From contig NMRA01000027.1 in NCBI GenBank assembly GCA_002633005.1, positions 595,265 through 659,264 of the forward strand: a DNA stretch of 64,000 bases, written 5' to 3'. This document shows, piece after piece, positions 12,801-27,800 of the stretch. The first letter of the stretch is position 1; each line of letters begins with the position of its first letter. The position numbers and the translations under genes were made by a program. The notes beneath the pieces were generated by a model. That model was given only the letters and a program-made list of their open reading frames with translations. It was not told where the DNA came from and made no database searches. The stretch comes from Phoronis australis. Its lineage: Eukaryota > Animalia > Phoronida.

Positions 12801-15800
12801 CAATTATGTTAATGCTTTGTGCACAACTTTGATGTTTTTAAACAAAAATAGTTTACAATCATCGCTTCACATCGGGACAATAGGAAGCAAGCTAAGTTTT
12901 GAACATAGATTCCATTGCAAATCTGACGTATTCCAGTTTTAAAGATGAAAAACTTGGTATACAACTACAATCCAGTGTGGCATGCAACTGAAACAATAAA
13001 AGAGGCCATCTTGGAAAGTTAGAAAACAATTGAACTAGGCCAAAATGCAAATTAAAATGAGGCAGTGCTTTCACAAAGACATGAATTTCTCTGAATTAAA
13101 AAATGACATCTAAATTAAATTGTCCCAAACCAAAAAGACTCTTCTGCATTATGATGCGTCGACATAAGACTCCTAAATCACTAACAAAAGCAAACACTTA
13201 CTGTTCTCCATGACTAGAATTGATATGCGCCGACATCTTCACACATTATTATCCAGTCATAATTCAAACTTCATGAACGATTTAAGTGAAGCAAACTGCC
13301 AAGACAAGCCTTGAGATGTCTATGGTAATTAAGAGATTGTACCTAGCAGTGTTTCACAACAAGAGGTATGATTCTATAGGTCTAGTAGTTATATAAGGGC
13401 CACAACACCATATAAGGGAGGTGAACATCTCAAGGTCACTAAACAATATACAATGGAACAGTACACCAGGTCAGTTTGAATTCATTATCAAATGTAAGAA
13501 ATGGCAAAGATGAAGTACAGTGCTTGAGAGATGCGGTATAACTTCACATATTTAGGGACACAATGTACCCGAAAAGTGAAATTTCATGTTTTCTTTTTTT
13601 AAGAAGGTATGTAGCACCATATCAATGTTTATTGTGACTCTGCGTCACAGCTACTACCAATTTGTTGAAAATTTATTTGCAACAATGCTAGATGCCTTTG
13701 AAAAAATATGCTAACATCTGTGGTTTTGTTGTCCTAATGCCCAAGACTTTTCAATTTTAACAACAAATATGAAGGTCATTTGCCTTACTTGTTGATTTTA
13801 GGGCTTAAGTACACTTAACAGGCAAACTGGTTACTGCCACAATTGTCTTTTCCAATAGAAATTCCCCCAAGCCCATGAATAGCCACTATGACAGAACCAT
13901 CAAGCCTTTGAGGAGTAGAGGAATTTGCTGGATACTCTGGGGTGAGCAGAGCAGGCTTTCTCATCCAGCCTGCAAATCCTGTTAGCATAAGAGTTGCGTA
14001 ATGGGCTAGGGGAAATCCCTGTGCCATTGTGTTCATGGGTAGTCACATGTAGACAACTGATCCTTCTCTTGACTTACGTTTTCTGCAATTTCTTCAATAT
14101 TTTTACACTTACTTTTAAGAGTAATCAGACTATTTACGTGATGCTTTTCTAGGCTAATTCTCCGTTTTTCTACACACCCTCTCTTAGCAAGTAAGAGGTT
14201 TTGTTGCTCACATTTGTCTGGAGATTACAATCTCCCTCTGGCCACATACTTGTTTTCTGCTCCAAGTAGGTGGCACTGATCAGCCTTGGGGGCATTTTTT
14301 AGGTAGACATTGTGTGTAGAATGTGGTTTGTTCGTATTTGTGAACATGAATGAGAATAAAAAAGACCACTTGTTCGGCTGTAACTACACTCTTCTTCAAG
14401 ATGGCGGCCCCCTATTACAATGGTGCATTGATGTGTGGCGACAACGAATTCAGGTAGCCTTCAAACAAGCCAGATTTGCAAAGTGAGAAAACTATAATTT
14501 GGTTGACAGTACTTTTGGAGAGCATTCTTGGAATTGGACGGAAATTTGCTTTCAGAGTCTAATGTTGGCTTTAGTTGAGCATCGGCAGGGAAGTGGTGGT
14601 TTTGGGGTGAAAAGGGCTGATTTTGATTTTTGCCCTTTTTCCTTAGTCTACATTGCTTTTCAGTATGAGTGAAAGGGTCAAAAATACAAGAGAGAATAAA
14701 TTTCTGTGCTCATCTGTAGGGTTTGTAATATGAAATGACTCAAAACTTTTTGTTCTTTAGGTGCAGTTTTTAACCAAGTGAAGAAAGGGTGATATATTCA
14801 TTTTCGTGTGTTCTGATAGGCAAACCTATACTTGAGAACTGTTCTGTGCTCCCCAAGGTAAATGATACACAGGGGATATCATGCTTTCTGATGAGCCATG
14901 TCTGGTATCTGCATGTGGCCATGATGCAGCTGTCAGATTTTACTTGTCTTTTGCCACAGTAGAATCTACTATTTGAGTAAAATCCACAATTTTTAGTAAA
15001 ATCCACATTTTAGTAAAATCCACTATTTTTAGCGGGGAATGAACTGAAAACTAAAGTTTGTATTTTACTAATGATTACAATTATAGTGATCAAAATGGCA
15101 ATTGAAATGTCCAATGTAAACAAGCCTATAGAAGAAATTGCAGACATGCACATATAGAAACACCCTAGATATACAGAAGGAATTGCTGTCTGTATCTTTA
15201 AATAATGGATTAGCCTATATAATATGAGCTGTAAAAACTATGGCATGCCTGAATTGTTGCGGACAACAGAAAGAATTGCTGTCTGTACCTTTAAATAATG
15301 GATTAACCTATATCATATGAACCCTAAAAAACATAGCACACCTGAATTGTTGCGGACAACAGTGGCAACACAATATAGTCACAGGCAATGCTCAAACATG
15401 CCATTTTTGAATTTACAATTTTCGGGTTGGCCAACCCTTGCAATCGAAATTAAGGAATATCATATTAGATGATTTTATGAGATTTGGTGGCTCAACTCAA
15501 TTTCGCTTTTTTGCCTGCTAAATATGGAGGAAATACTATAGTCTCTGAATTCCAAGTTTTGCCTTTGCTGAAATTTGCGGCACTTAATGCTCTCACTCAG
15601 CTGACAAGCCATTTTGACAGGGGACCTCATAAATCCTTCAAAGTTTACCTGAGCATACCGTATTTGTATTCGCTCTAATAAGCACCCAGGATGCTTAAAA
15701 AATTCACTTCAGGAAGTGGGGCGTTTATTATAGCCCAAACGCGGTTGAAACATGGTCTCCGAAACAGGTGAAATTGCAAGCTAGACTTCATCAAATTTAT

Positions 15801-18800
15801 GCTCTGTGACGCATCTGTAACCTATGACAGAGTTTCTACAAAATTGCAGTGCATTGCTATCAAACTTTGCTGTTAAATTACAAGCATTTTTCAGAAAATC
15901 CCAGTGCGAAAACTCGCCGACTGATGCCTTTTGAGTAAACGTATAGTTTCGACTCAACAAATTACCTGAAGTCGTCTTTAAGTTTTCATAATAGCGTCCC
16001 TAAGATTTTTAAGTTCCTCTGGAGTAGGGATTAACTGCATATTAAGTCCAAATCTGCACTAAAACGTACTCCACAACAAGAGAAAAATCTCTGGAAGAAC
16101 ACACATGTTGTTGTCACGTGATGTTTGTTTTGAAGTTCGTCTGCGTATTGAGAGAGCGAGTGTGTGCTTGTCATCAGAGTTCATTTGCCAGAGTAAACGC
16201 GATGCAACGATCTAGGTGTGCATTGTAACTAAGGAAATTAACTCAAGCAGTAAAGCAGAACGTGTTTTATTTAGCGCTTGTTGATCTCATCTGCTAAAAA
16301 ACGTTTGAGAATTGTCTCGGTAAGACCGATGTCATTGAGTCACCGGGTGACTGGATGCCTGACAGTCTAACAATTATTTTAGTTTCGGGAGATTCGGGAG
16401 GTGTAAGGGTGCGGAAGTGTTCACTATCAGTGGTTCATTTTGACTTTAAAAACACCAAGTATGACTAATTGAATAATCTCCCCTTAAAAATAACGCAAAA
16501 CATTTTTTACCGTATTAGAACCATTCGAAAATAAGTGCCAGTATTTATTTCTATGCTACCCATTTCATGAATAGGTAGTTCCCGAAGACTAATCTTCGAC
16601 GACAGATTCCTGAATGTAGCGCGCGCTTCCTTAAGCCACATATTTTTAACTGAACAAGGTCAAGTTTTATTAGTCTTCGATTCGCGGTTTTAATGTGTAC
16701 AAAGAGGTTTGGATTCCTGCTGAGGGAGAAGATCTGTTCCGGAAAGATAAAATACAATCTCTTTGACAAGTATGCTGCGCCTGCTCTGAAAAGCCAAACC
16801 ATAATAGGACACGTTCCTCGCAAGATCAGCAAAACTTTTGCCTTCTTTTGGAAGCACGTCGGATGTTTGAAGTGTATATTCACGGCTAAATACCGACATA
16901 GCGGCGAGGCTCGTGATCTACAAATTCCGCGCACAATGATTTTTTCAGGACCGTCGAATCTTATTGATAAAGTGAAGACGCTACTGTAGACTTTTAGAAC
17001 TGTAGGTAGGCATTTTTCGCATGTACACGGCATTCATGGACTGGGCGCTTATCTGAGGAAAGTCTGAAAATGCATGGGGGGCGCATATAGGGGCATGGGC
17101 GCTTATTAGGGTGAATACGGTAAACATTTTGCAGCAACTTTTGATTTGTTTGACCTGTGTATAATGGATAAATAGCACTGGCATACTCAACCCCAAAATG
17201 GGCTTACAAGTCACTTTAAACTGGACAGAAACCAAGAAAACATACATACTAGAGCAGAATATGCAATCCAGTCCAGCCACAGTACCACTAAAAGATCAGG
17301 AAGTCTGACAAAAGCCTCTTAAATGCCATCTAATGTTCCACACAAATAAAACTATTTTTAAGATCAAAAGCAGGTCAGACAAAGAAAGTTGTTTGTTTAA
17401 TTATTATTTGAGCTATACATGACCAGAGTGTTTGTGATAAATCCAGTGTAACTAATCAAGATTCTCTCGGAACAAAAAACATCACACAAGGTCTAAATTA
17501 CGTGTTATGTTCTATTCCTTTCTGTTAATTCACAAAAACAATTTTTGTTACACATCATTACTGTATCCTGTCCTACCCATCCAAGCCCATTTCTGCACTA
17601 TCCATCCCTGCCCATCTCTGCACTGCCTATCCCTCCCCATTTCTGCACTACCCAACACCTGACATATCAGTGAGAACAGATAAAAAACAATACTTACCGG
17701 TATATGCTTAGTTGAATATCAGACATGTAGACAATACACCAAGGTCCAACAAAATCAGTACAGAATCTGTTATCTTATCCAAAGCCCAGTATTAAAAACT
17801 TTGAGATACACACCAGATATAAGTGAAATCCTGTGATTCGTGAGCTGGCCTACTAATCACCAACCAACACAGGAATTAAACATTCCATGTGGCCATTCTT
17901 TGACATTCTAAATTCATTTCACAGTATTTGAACAACCACAAACTGTTGTTCTGCCCACAATAAGGTTAAACCATTTCCAAGTAACAAGAACATGCTGGTG
18001 CAATTAGATAGGAGGTAAAGTGTGCACATAATACAACGATGGCCAAAATTAGCATTTTTCATTTTTCTAACACTCATTGTATAGCCAAAAATGTTCAATA
18101 TTTTAGTGAGCGCTTGTTGATGACAGCTGTACTAATAAAACGAAATTTTCAATAATCAAGTAACATTGTCTTCTAGTTTACTCTTGTTGATGTGAAGTGT
18201 CCGTGGGTATGCAAAGGACTGACACATGACAATGCCTCCAGATTTTATGTGCTCAGTGCACAATGATAAAAAGACATGTCAAGCCAACTTCGCGATCCTG
18301 AAAAATCTCCCCAAGCCCAGAAATCCCCCTGGAACAAGCAGAGATCAATTTCACAATTCTAAGTTTATGTTTTGATGGATAGCAGGTCAACATTAGCATC
18401 TCAATGTTCTGCAGGACCTCACCTACACTGAAGTGTGTGTATATCAAATATTTACAAAACTACACATTCAATCATAGACTAGACAACATATTCGCAACTC
18501 CGACATTTTCTTGCGTAGTATTCTAGAGGTGACACTCTCCTCAATTACCAACTTCAGTTTCCGGTTAGTGTATTGTAAGAGGAAATTCTCACATCTATTT
18601 CACTGTCTTAAGTACAACGAAAAAAATAATTTCGACACTGAAATGTTGTTAAAAGTTTTCCACTAGTAGAACTGTTGGTATCGTGAGTACTTTTGGCAAC
18701 CAGACCACACAACACCATAGCCAACCATGATTAACAGACGACGTACTTGTCGGAAGTAAAACTTGCTAATTTTGCCAGGTGTCACTATTGAATAGTGACG

Positions 18801-21800
18801 TCACGACTTATGCGTAAGATCACAGATTTCGTCCATTGAAAATATACGGAATTGGCGGTCCATGTACTATAGTCTATGATTAAATTCACTACAAGTCTAT
18901 ACTCCCTTAAAGTAAAAAACATACTTAATTTGAATTTTGGCTTGTCACATGACCACATCTTTGTAAAACTTTTTTTGAAAAAAGAAGGGTACATTGAGGG
19001 CAAAAACACACTTAACTTCCATAAGCCATAAATGCTCACGACGAAATTTCAAAAATGCTGCTACGGTTTTCTAAATAATCAATTTGATTCACGTTTTATG
19101 TATTTTTTTAGTTTTTCAATGAAAATCAAAGAAATCATCGTCTTGAATGAAAAAAAATCCCAACAACGTTTTGGTGAACACTGCCAAATGTACAATATGT
19201 GGCAGTTTTGTATGAATCCAATCACCCATTTCTGAGATGCGATGTTAGCCAAATTAGAACAAATTTCTAGAATCCTCCATAAACTAAGTTAAGATTTAGT
19301 GATTTCTGTGGGTGTGAAGTGCACAAATTGGCCACTCAAATTGATCACTGCACACTACTTGTCAACAAACTGACAACATTGATGCCAAACCACCCTCATA
19401 CACACAGGGCTTACATTGTTGTGACAACTTCCAATTGATGAAATGCATTCAATGACAAAAAGCAAACTAAGAAGGGGTATCTTTAACTACTGTCAGTTAT
19501 AGTCAACAAGAACATTAATTTCACAACCTGAATAGAAATTTGCCTCATAGCCATGTAATGTAACTTAGTTGTCCAGGTTTAGAGACGTAAAACAGTCAAC
19601 ACTACGTGAACTTGATCACGGTCTCATTGCTCATATCAGATCTTAATTCCAGCACTATTCCTCATCACCTAACAAATAGTGAAGCTGAAACTAAACCAAA
19701 AAGATAATGATGTTGCGAGCTAAAAACTGTACGCAATGATTTGGCCACATAGTAAAAGTTCGGAAGCAGCTGCGGCAACGCATCCCAGTCAGAGCAACCT
19801 ACACAGCTCCCGTCCCACCAAATCTGTCCGAGTTAACATTTTACAAGAAACGAGCTATGCAGGTGTAAATATAATTGGAATTTCCTTGAAGTCTCATGGC
19901 ATACAATTAAATCCTTGTTTCAATAGTTTCCCTTCACCCAGCACTTAACTCACATTGATGTCACTGACACTTAGATTGCATCTCAAAAGCCAGTAACCCA
20001 TTATTATTTATTCAAGTGTTCCTGAACACCTTTACAGTTGTGACGGGAGCGCCATCTATTGGTTGAGCCATGAGATAAACATGCCTAAATTTTCTGAGCA
20101 AGAAATGCCTGGTTAATTTTTTTGGTGGTGCCTATTACTTAGAAAACAGGAGGATCCCATATTTAGCACTTTTGATGACAAAATTTCATTTTTCATTTTA
20201 TTGGCAATTGCGTTTGACTTTAAACCCCTGAATTAGCAATTTTGAACATTCTTAGTGCAAAATTGTATATATAAAAACATGCTATTTTGCTAAAACACTT
20301 CTCTATACTAAGGTATCACACCATAGTCAAAACTAGCGACATGCACTACTCTCAAGATCGTTTGACATCATTGCTTTTGTGTCCCAACCCTCCTTACATG
20401 GTAACGCAACACGTCTTACCCTCGGGTGGTGAACAGAGCACAAAATGATTGATTACAAGAACGTGGCGGAGCGTTGACATGCACCCACGAATGCACTGTA
20501 TACAGTGTTGCTTCTAGGGGTGTTCATCTGTATTATAAAAATTGATGGCACAGAATATATTGAACCCATCCAAAAAATGAGAAGATGTCGCCTCTCCAAA
20601 CTATTTGCCAAAGTTCACGAAAATTCGTCAAAAAGTACAAAGATAAAAGGACAAACAAAAAAACTGCCACTAGTTAACACAGTGGTAGTTGAATCCATCC
20701 ACTTGATGTCAAGTTAACAGGAATACAGTTATTGCAAACTTTCAAAAACATCTTGTAAGGATTTAAGAGATATTGACGAAGACGCGAAAAAATGTCACAA
20801 GGGGCCACCTCAATAGCTGCACCCCTTTGAAAATCAACGTCAGTCATGCTCTTGTCAGTAGAAACACATCTGTCAATTTTCATAATGATGCTATGCGCAG
20901 TTTGGAATTTATGAAAACAGACAACAAAAAAACAGACTAAAAATAATTAAAATGACCACCAATCGAAAACGTCGAGTCCATCACAGAAAGGAAAAGTGCT
21001 GTCGCCTTCATAATAGAAACATGTTTGCCAAACTTCATGACAAGAGCAATGCGGAGCATTGAAATGCATCCACAAATGCACCGCAAATGGTGTACTTCAA
21101 CAGTTGTACATTTGTAACATAAAAATGGCCACTAGACAGTGCAAAACGTCCAATCCATCTAAAACCAGAACATGCCATCGCTTCTTCAATAGAAAGCTAC
21201 TTATTAAATTTCATAAAAATCTAACACAGAACTTCAGAGAAACAAACAAAAAAATTGCCTCTAGGGTGCATAGCAGCCGCCTGCAAGTCATCGTCTATAA
21301 TTAGTTTCCTATTAAATACACTTACTAAATTTAATAGAGATCCTGTTGAGGGTTTAGGAGATACAGCTGTGGGCGCAAAACAACACAAAACCACAACTAG
21401 GAGGTGCCACAGTGGTCGAAGTCATCATCGTCAACTGTCCTCTTCCCACTGAGAACATATATGGCAATTTTCAAACCATCCTTAGAATGGTTTGGTTGAT
21501 AGAGGGGTGGATGCCAAAGAACAGACTTCAAAACAGTAAAAATGACATTTAGGTGGCACAAAATACCTCAAATTCATCTGAAAATGGTAGGATAGCTTCA
21601 CTTCACCAACAGATGCCTATATTCCAATTTTGATGAAACTTTGTTGAGGACTTTTAAATATACAGAGGTAAACGTAAAAAACTAAAATTGCCACTAGGAA
21701 GCACACTGGTGAAAAGATCCGTGCAAAAGCCATCGTCGTCTGTTGCCAACATCATATAAATACACTTGCTAAATTGAGTAAAGATCCTGCAAGCAGTTTA

Positions 21801-24800
21801 TCAGCTACATTCATGGGCACAAAAAAATAAAACTGCCACTAGGATGTGCCACAGCAGTAAGAGTCATAGAAAAATCGTCAGCCATCTTTTTCATAGTAAA
21901 AACATATATGCCAATTTTCACAAGCATATTTAAGTTTGGTTAGAGGGGCCGACAGCAAAAAACAGACTCGAAAACAGTAAAAATGGCCACTAGGTGGCGC
22001 AAAATACCTCAAATCCATTCGAAAACAGTAGGATACTGTCATCCCACTAATAGATGCCTATATCCTAAATTTTATGAAAATACGTAGAGGACCTTTGAAG
22101 ATACTAAGGTAAATTAAAAAACTAAAATTGCCCCTAGGGGGTGCACCGGTAGTCCCATCCCTGTGAAAGTCGTTGTAGTCAGTGGTCAACATCATATCAA
22201 TACACTTGCTAAATTTAGTAAAGATCTTGCAAATGGTTTAAGAGATACAGCCATGAGTGCAAAAAAACAAAGCTGCCACTAGGAGGTGCTACAGTAGTCC
22301 GAAGTCGGCGGAAAATCATCATCAGCCATCCTTTTCAGAGTAAGAACATATATGCCAATTTTCACAAACATTCTTAGAGCGGTTTGGTTAATAGAGGGGC
22401 AAATGGCAAAAATCAGACTCGAAAACAGCAAAAATGGCCACTAGGTGGTACAACCTACATCGAATCAATCTGAAAACGAGAGGATAGTGGCAAAAATACA
22501 ATACAGAATAAAGAAGGGCTTTTGATGTGAAATGACTAAAAACTTTTCATTCTTTGCAAATGGTTTGCAACTGAGTAAAAGAAAAGGTGATAAGTCCATT
22601 GATGTGTGTTCTGCTGGGTAAAACTCGGTGAGAATTGTTTTGTAACCCCTTTAGGCTACCAAGGTAAACACTGCAGGGTCAAGGAGTAGTGATGTTTACA
22701 AGTAAAAACCAAGGTCTGACCCTTTGCGGGAGATAACCTAAAAACAACCAAACTAATAAACAATGTCAGCCAATTGACTTTATGATCACACAAAAAATAG
22801 ATCACATATGTAGGTCACTTTCCTAAATTTAGAACGTTTTTGTATTTTGTTGAAAAATAAAATAAAAAGCATTTTTTCACATGGAAGTATTTCTTATCAT
22901 TTGTTCATGCAAACCAAGGCATGACAACAACATAGGAAACTACAGACTGCTAAGCACTTTCAAGGAAGTGGAACAGCAGGTTTATATCAAAAGTTTCTAA
23001 GAGAAGCTAAATTGTTTGCGTTAAGTCTTGTTCAGCAAATACAACTCACCCAGCTTAGTTAGAGATGAAAATCAACTTCAGGTATAAATCACTACTGAAA
23101 ATGTGTGTACATAGACTGAAGCCAGTTCTCTTACAGGAGTAAAGAGTATTCCATCTTGAACAAACACACAACACACTCAGAGTGAAACGATACTTAAAGA
23201 AACCCTCTCACACCTTTATCAGGCAGTGAGTAAAGTCCAGCCGCAGAGAAAGAGATTGAAAAGTGCACCCACTTATCATGAAAAGTTGGCTCAATTATCA
23301 GCAGGAGTCCAAACAAGGATGAGTAGGCATTATTTTCAAAATCATATGTAAACAAACAGTTTAAGAAACTTACCTTTGTGTGTTCAGTGTGAAATAGGAT
23401 TCACCCCTTATTAATATGTTTTACACCACGCTACAGAAATGCTAACTATGTATGGAGTCTCTTTATGTCCCGATAAGATGTATGACTGAGCTTGTCCAAG
23501 CCATACTAACACGGCTACCCCTGTTCTGCATCTACAACACTCGCTATTTCACGTTTCATCGTCTATTTTGGGTGACCAAAAAGACTGAAAATAAAAATTT
23601 TGCTTTCTAACAAGAACTCGTGCACGTGTATTGTTTTCTGGAAATCAGTCTAACTGGCTGGTTTGTTTACGCACAACTTATCAATCAAATCAAATCTTGC
23701 ACCAAATATTCTCACAATGCAAAGGCCTACCATTTGTCAAACTACCCACTCCACTCAGCGAATCGGCTCTTCATAGCATTATGATTTCAAAGTTTTGAAA
23801 TTTTTATTCACTGTTATCCTGCGTAAAAGTCAGACTGCACAGGAATTTTATTTGTTGGAATACAAGATGTAGCTCGTGGGTAAGTAGATAGCACGCAAGA
23901 CTCAAGAGTCATTGCTCCAGTCAAACCAAACTCCCTAAGAGCTGAAGTCCTGTAAGTTAGCTGACCCAAGAAACCACCTGGATTAACAAGAGCGTTGAAA
24001 TGTGTCAACCATGTGCATCGCATAGAGCACAGACACACTAGTGCATCATATAGAGCATAGACACTGGTGCATCGCAGAAAGCACAAATACACTGGTGCAT
24101 CTTATAGAGCAGAGAGACATTGGTGCATTGCATAGAGCACAGATTCACTGGTGCATTGCATAGAACACAGAGACTCTGGTGCATTGCATAGAGCACAGAT
24201 ACAATGGTGCATTGCATAGAGCACAGATACACTGATGCATCGTATAGAGTACAGATACAATAGTGCATCGTATAGAGCACAGATGCACTGGTGCACCTTA
24301 ACTTCACACATCAAAAGTTAGCAACGGACACTTTATTTGTTTTGGAGTGACAAGATGTAACTATGAAGTGAACTTACGCAAACTGTGTGATGTTGGACCT
24401 TGAGCTGGCCTGTTTCATGACGATGGCACATGTTGTCAGGAACTTGTCAAGACGCTGCGTTTTCTTCTGAAACAGTAGACTAGCATTATAGCATACCGTA
24501 TTCGCCATGATAACCGCCCAGGGCGCTTAGAAAAGTTTGGTTAAGGGGGGTGCTTATTATAACCCAAGGCGGTTGAAACCCGGTCTCCGAAATGGGTGAA
24601 ATCGGAAGCTAAGATTCATCAAATTTACGCTCTGTGACGTATCTGTAATCTATGAAAGACTTTCAACAAAACTGTGGTGCATTGCTATCAAACTTTGCTG
24701 CTAAATTACTATATTTTACAGAAAATTGTGCTGAAATCCCAGGGCAAAAACTCGGCGACTTACTGCCTCGAAATCGCCGTCTTCGATATGGCAACTTCAA

Positions 24801-27800
24801 TGCTTGAATAAAAAAAGTTTCGACTCAAGCAAATTACCTGAAATCCTCATTAAGTTTTCTAAGTAGCGTCCCTAAGATTTTTTTTAAAGTTCCCGTGGAG
24901 TCTGGATTAACGGCAGGTTTAAGTACAAATCTGTGCAACATCGTGCCAATGGCAACACGGCAAGAAAAATGTCTGAACGAACACATATGTTGATGTCACG
25001 TGACCTTTGTTTTGAATTTCGTCTGCGTTTGTGAGTAAGCGAGCGCATGCGTGTCACCAGAGTTCATTTGCCAAAGCAGAGACCGTCTTTTGGCCAGAGC
25101 CATGCAATCTAACGAGCTAGATTGTGTCTAAAGAAATTTGCGCAAGCAGTAGGCCTAAACCAGAGCGTGTTTCATTCAGCACTTGCCGGTCTTGTGCTAA
25201 AAATGTTCGACATTTGTCTTGGTAAGGCCCATATTAGTCGCCGTGTAGCTGGATGCCTACGTAACTATCTGACAGTTATTTTTCAATGTGAGGGTGTGTA
25301 AGCATTCACTGTCAGTTGTCATTTTATTGGATATTCGGCTTAAAAACACCAATTATGGTTAATCAAACAATCCATCTCAAAAATTAAGCAAACATGTTTT
25401 ATAGTATTAGAAATTGTCGGAAAATAGTGCCAATATTCATTTTTTACCGATGCTATGTTACCCGTTTCATGAATGGATAGTTCGCGACTAATGTCTTTGA
25501 TGACAGGTTCATATATGTAGCGCGTGCTTCCTGGCCACGTACGTTTAACACAGAGTTATTTTCATTCACGAGACAGTCGACGAAAGGTCAGACCAAAGTG
25601 GGACACAGTCGTCGCGAGAGTAGCAATGTTGCTGCGTTCTTTTTGAAGCACTGCGTTACTTTGAAGTGTATAGTCACGGCTAAATACAAACGTAGCAGTG
25701 CCACTGGTGGTCTACAAGACCCATGCAAAATTTTTTTGATAAATTGAAGACATTACTGTAGCAGAGTTTTAGGGCTGTAGGTACGTCATTGTTCGCATCA
25801 TAGACTATAGTACACGGACCGCCAACTCCGTATACTTTCAGTGGACGAAATCTGTGATCTTACGCATAAGCCCTTGCGTCATTATTGACTGGCGACACCT
25901 GGCTAAATTTTCTGGTGCAATTTCTGGCAAGTACGTCGTCTGCTCATCATGGTCGGCTTATGTGTGGCCGGTTGTTCGGCCACACAAGCGAAATGCAAAG
26001 GAATTAGGTTCCATACCATCCGAAGACCCCATAATCGGCTGTGGGAAGAAAAGCTAACTTCTTGTGTCAATGTGAATGGCAGTTGTTTCAGCAATAAGAC
26101 TTTATACATTTGTTCAAAGCACTTCGAAGATGAATGTTGAGGCTCTGGTAGGCCTACTGCTTAATCCTATCTACACAAATCCATATTTCTTTCTCCGTTT
26201 TGATGAAAACTATCTGGTACATTTTTGACGAAAATTGTCCGCTAAATTTCTTCCAAAGGTAGTGACTCGTGAACTTTTGTCCTTACCAGGAACTTCAGCC
26301 ATAGTCTAGTGAGCGAATTAACCAAATTACTCTTTGCTGGCCCTGATCAGATGGTTGGTCTCGGCAGAATGCGCACATTTGGCCAGGATTTGGATCAGCG
26401 ATTTCAACGAATTCACATTCGTGTACAAATAAATAGAACGCTAGCAAAAACCTTCAACTTAAATAAAGATGACATTAATACTTCAGAAATAACCATCTGG
26501 ACCAGTCAAAATCTGTCTCGCAATTCAACAGCAGGTTACATAGGCTTACTCATTTATTAATGTCAGCTGTATGCCGCACAAAATCTCTGGACTGTAGTCT
26601 ATGAAAATGCAACAAACTTCTTTGAAAACATGGAACAGGAGCACCAGAGGGGTGTGAAGGTTGTTTTTATTCTCCAATGTTAAATTTTTGTAAGCGGACA
26701 AATGGTTTTTAAATTTCCGCCTTAAGTCCTAACATTTCTTAACTTAAGCCTTTCAAACGAACGTTTATGACGAAAACAAAATTCTTCAACCAGTTTTATA
26801 AAGTCCTATGCCACCTGTAGGGTACATAATGAACCAACCCCACTCCTAATAAAGGATACTAAGTATTGCCCTTCTGAAATATTACCATATTCGCCCTAAT
26901 AAGCAGCCAGGGTGCTTAGAAAAAATCCGCTTCAGGAAGGGGGGGGGCGCTTATTACAGCCCAAAAGTGGTTGAAACCAGTCTCCGAAACAGGTGAAATC
27001 GTAAGCTAGAATTCATCAAATTTACGCTCTGTGACGCATCTGTAACCTATGACAGAGTTTTTACAAAACTGCAGTGCATTGCTATCAAACTTTGTTGTTA
27101 ACTTACGAGCATTTTTCAGAAAATCCCACTGCCAAAAATTGCCCTGAATAAGGTTTCAAGCACCTCAGCTTGGTTTAACTATATATTAATAAACCATAGA
27201 AATGGTTCCAAGTGATCAGTGCAATGGGCCCACATGCGCTGCCTGCGCACGTCTGGTAAAACATGTATCATGCAGCTCCTAATTTAAACAAAGGTTTCGT
27301 TTTTTAATTTTGGTCCGGTATAAATATAACGCCACAGACCTGGAAATCCAGCGAAACACTTCTACCTTACAAATCTGACAATCCCTAGCCTAAAAAAAAT
27401 TGAGTACCCGGCAAAAGATACTAATGATGAAATTACGGTGATGATAATCACCCACTTTGTTTATTTACTTCATCTACACAATTTGAAATAGTTGGTAAAA
27501 TGAAGGCCATTCGAGTAAGCACCATGTTAGTCCCAATGCCAACCCAATATATGATAGAACCCAACAAGCTCAAGTTGCGGTCAAATCAGGATGGGCATAA
27601 ATAAGGAAATTTACTGTATCAACAGATTGGCCAAATAAGAATAAGATACAAAGTGTTGCTACAGTTCATGAACCAATCAGATCACCAATGGCGCAATGTT
27701 TTCGAAAACAGCTCTATTCTTAGGGAGTCCTGTTACTGCTCTATATATTTTCAAAACTTTATTGTGTTACATTTAATTTATTTTCTGTTCAACTCAATGA

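Larger units (their letters stand above)
10399..13295. repeat. Tandem near-identical 1.45-kb duplication (10399-11843 / 11845-13295) joined by N; probable haplotype assembly artefact
   Basis: Copies differ by scattered SNPs and small indels; the junction is exactly the N at 11844. Confidence 0.9.

Noticed and set aside
23050-23156. Minus-strand LYST coding exon candidate with gtgagt donor
   Set aside because: Stops in all frames tested, and the flanking exons already join in phase.
24013-24314. 29-bp array as a CRISPR or a Cys/His-rich peptide gene
   Set aside because: Head-to-tail units without spacers; the ORFs come from the repeat.
26298-26603. Separate nested MITE ending ..CTGTAGTCTATG inside the P-like element
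   Set aside because: The right end resembles the family TIR, but I found no matching TSD or clear left end.
27400-27730. Catalytic remnants of the P-like transposase
   Set aside because: Only vague motif resemblance (NANP); too degraded to support by eye.
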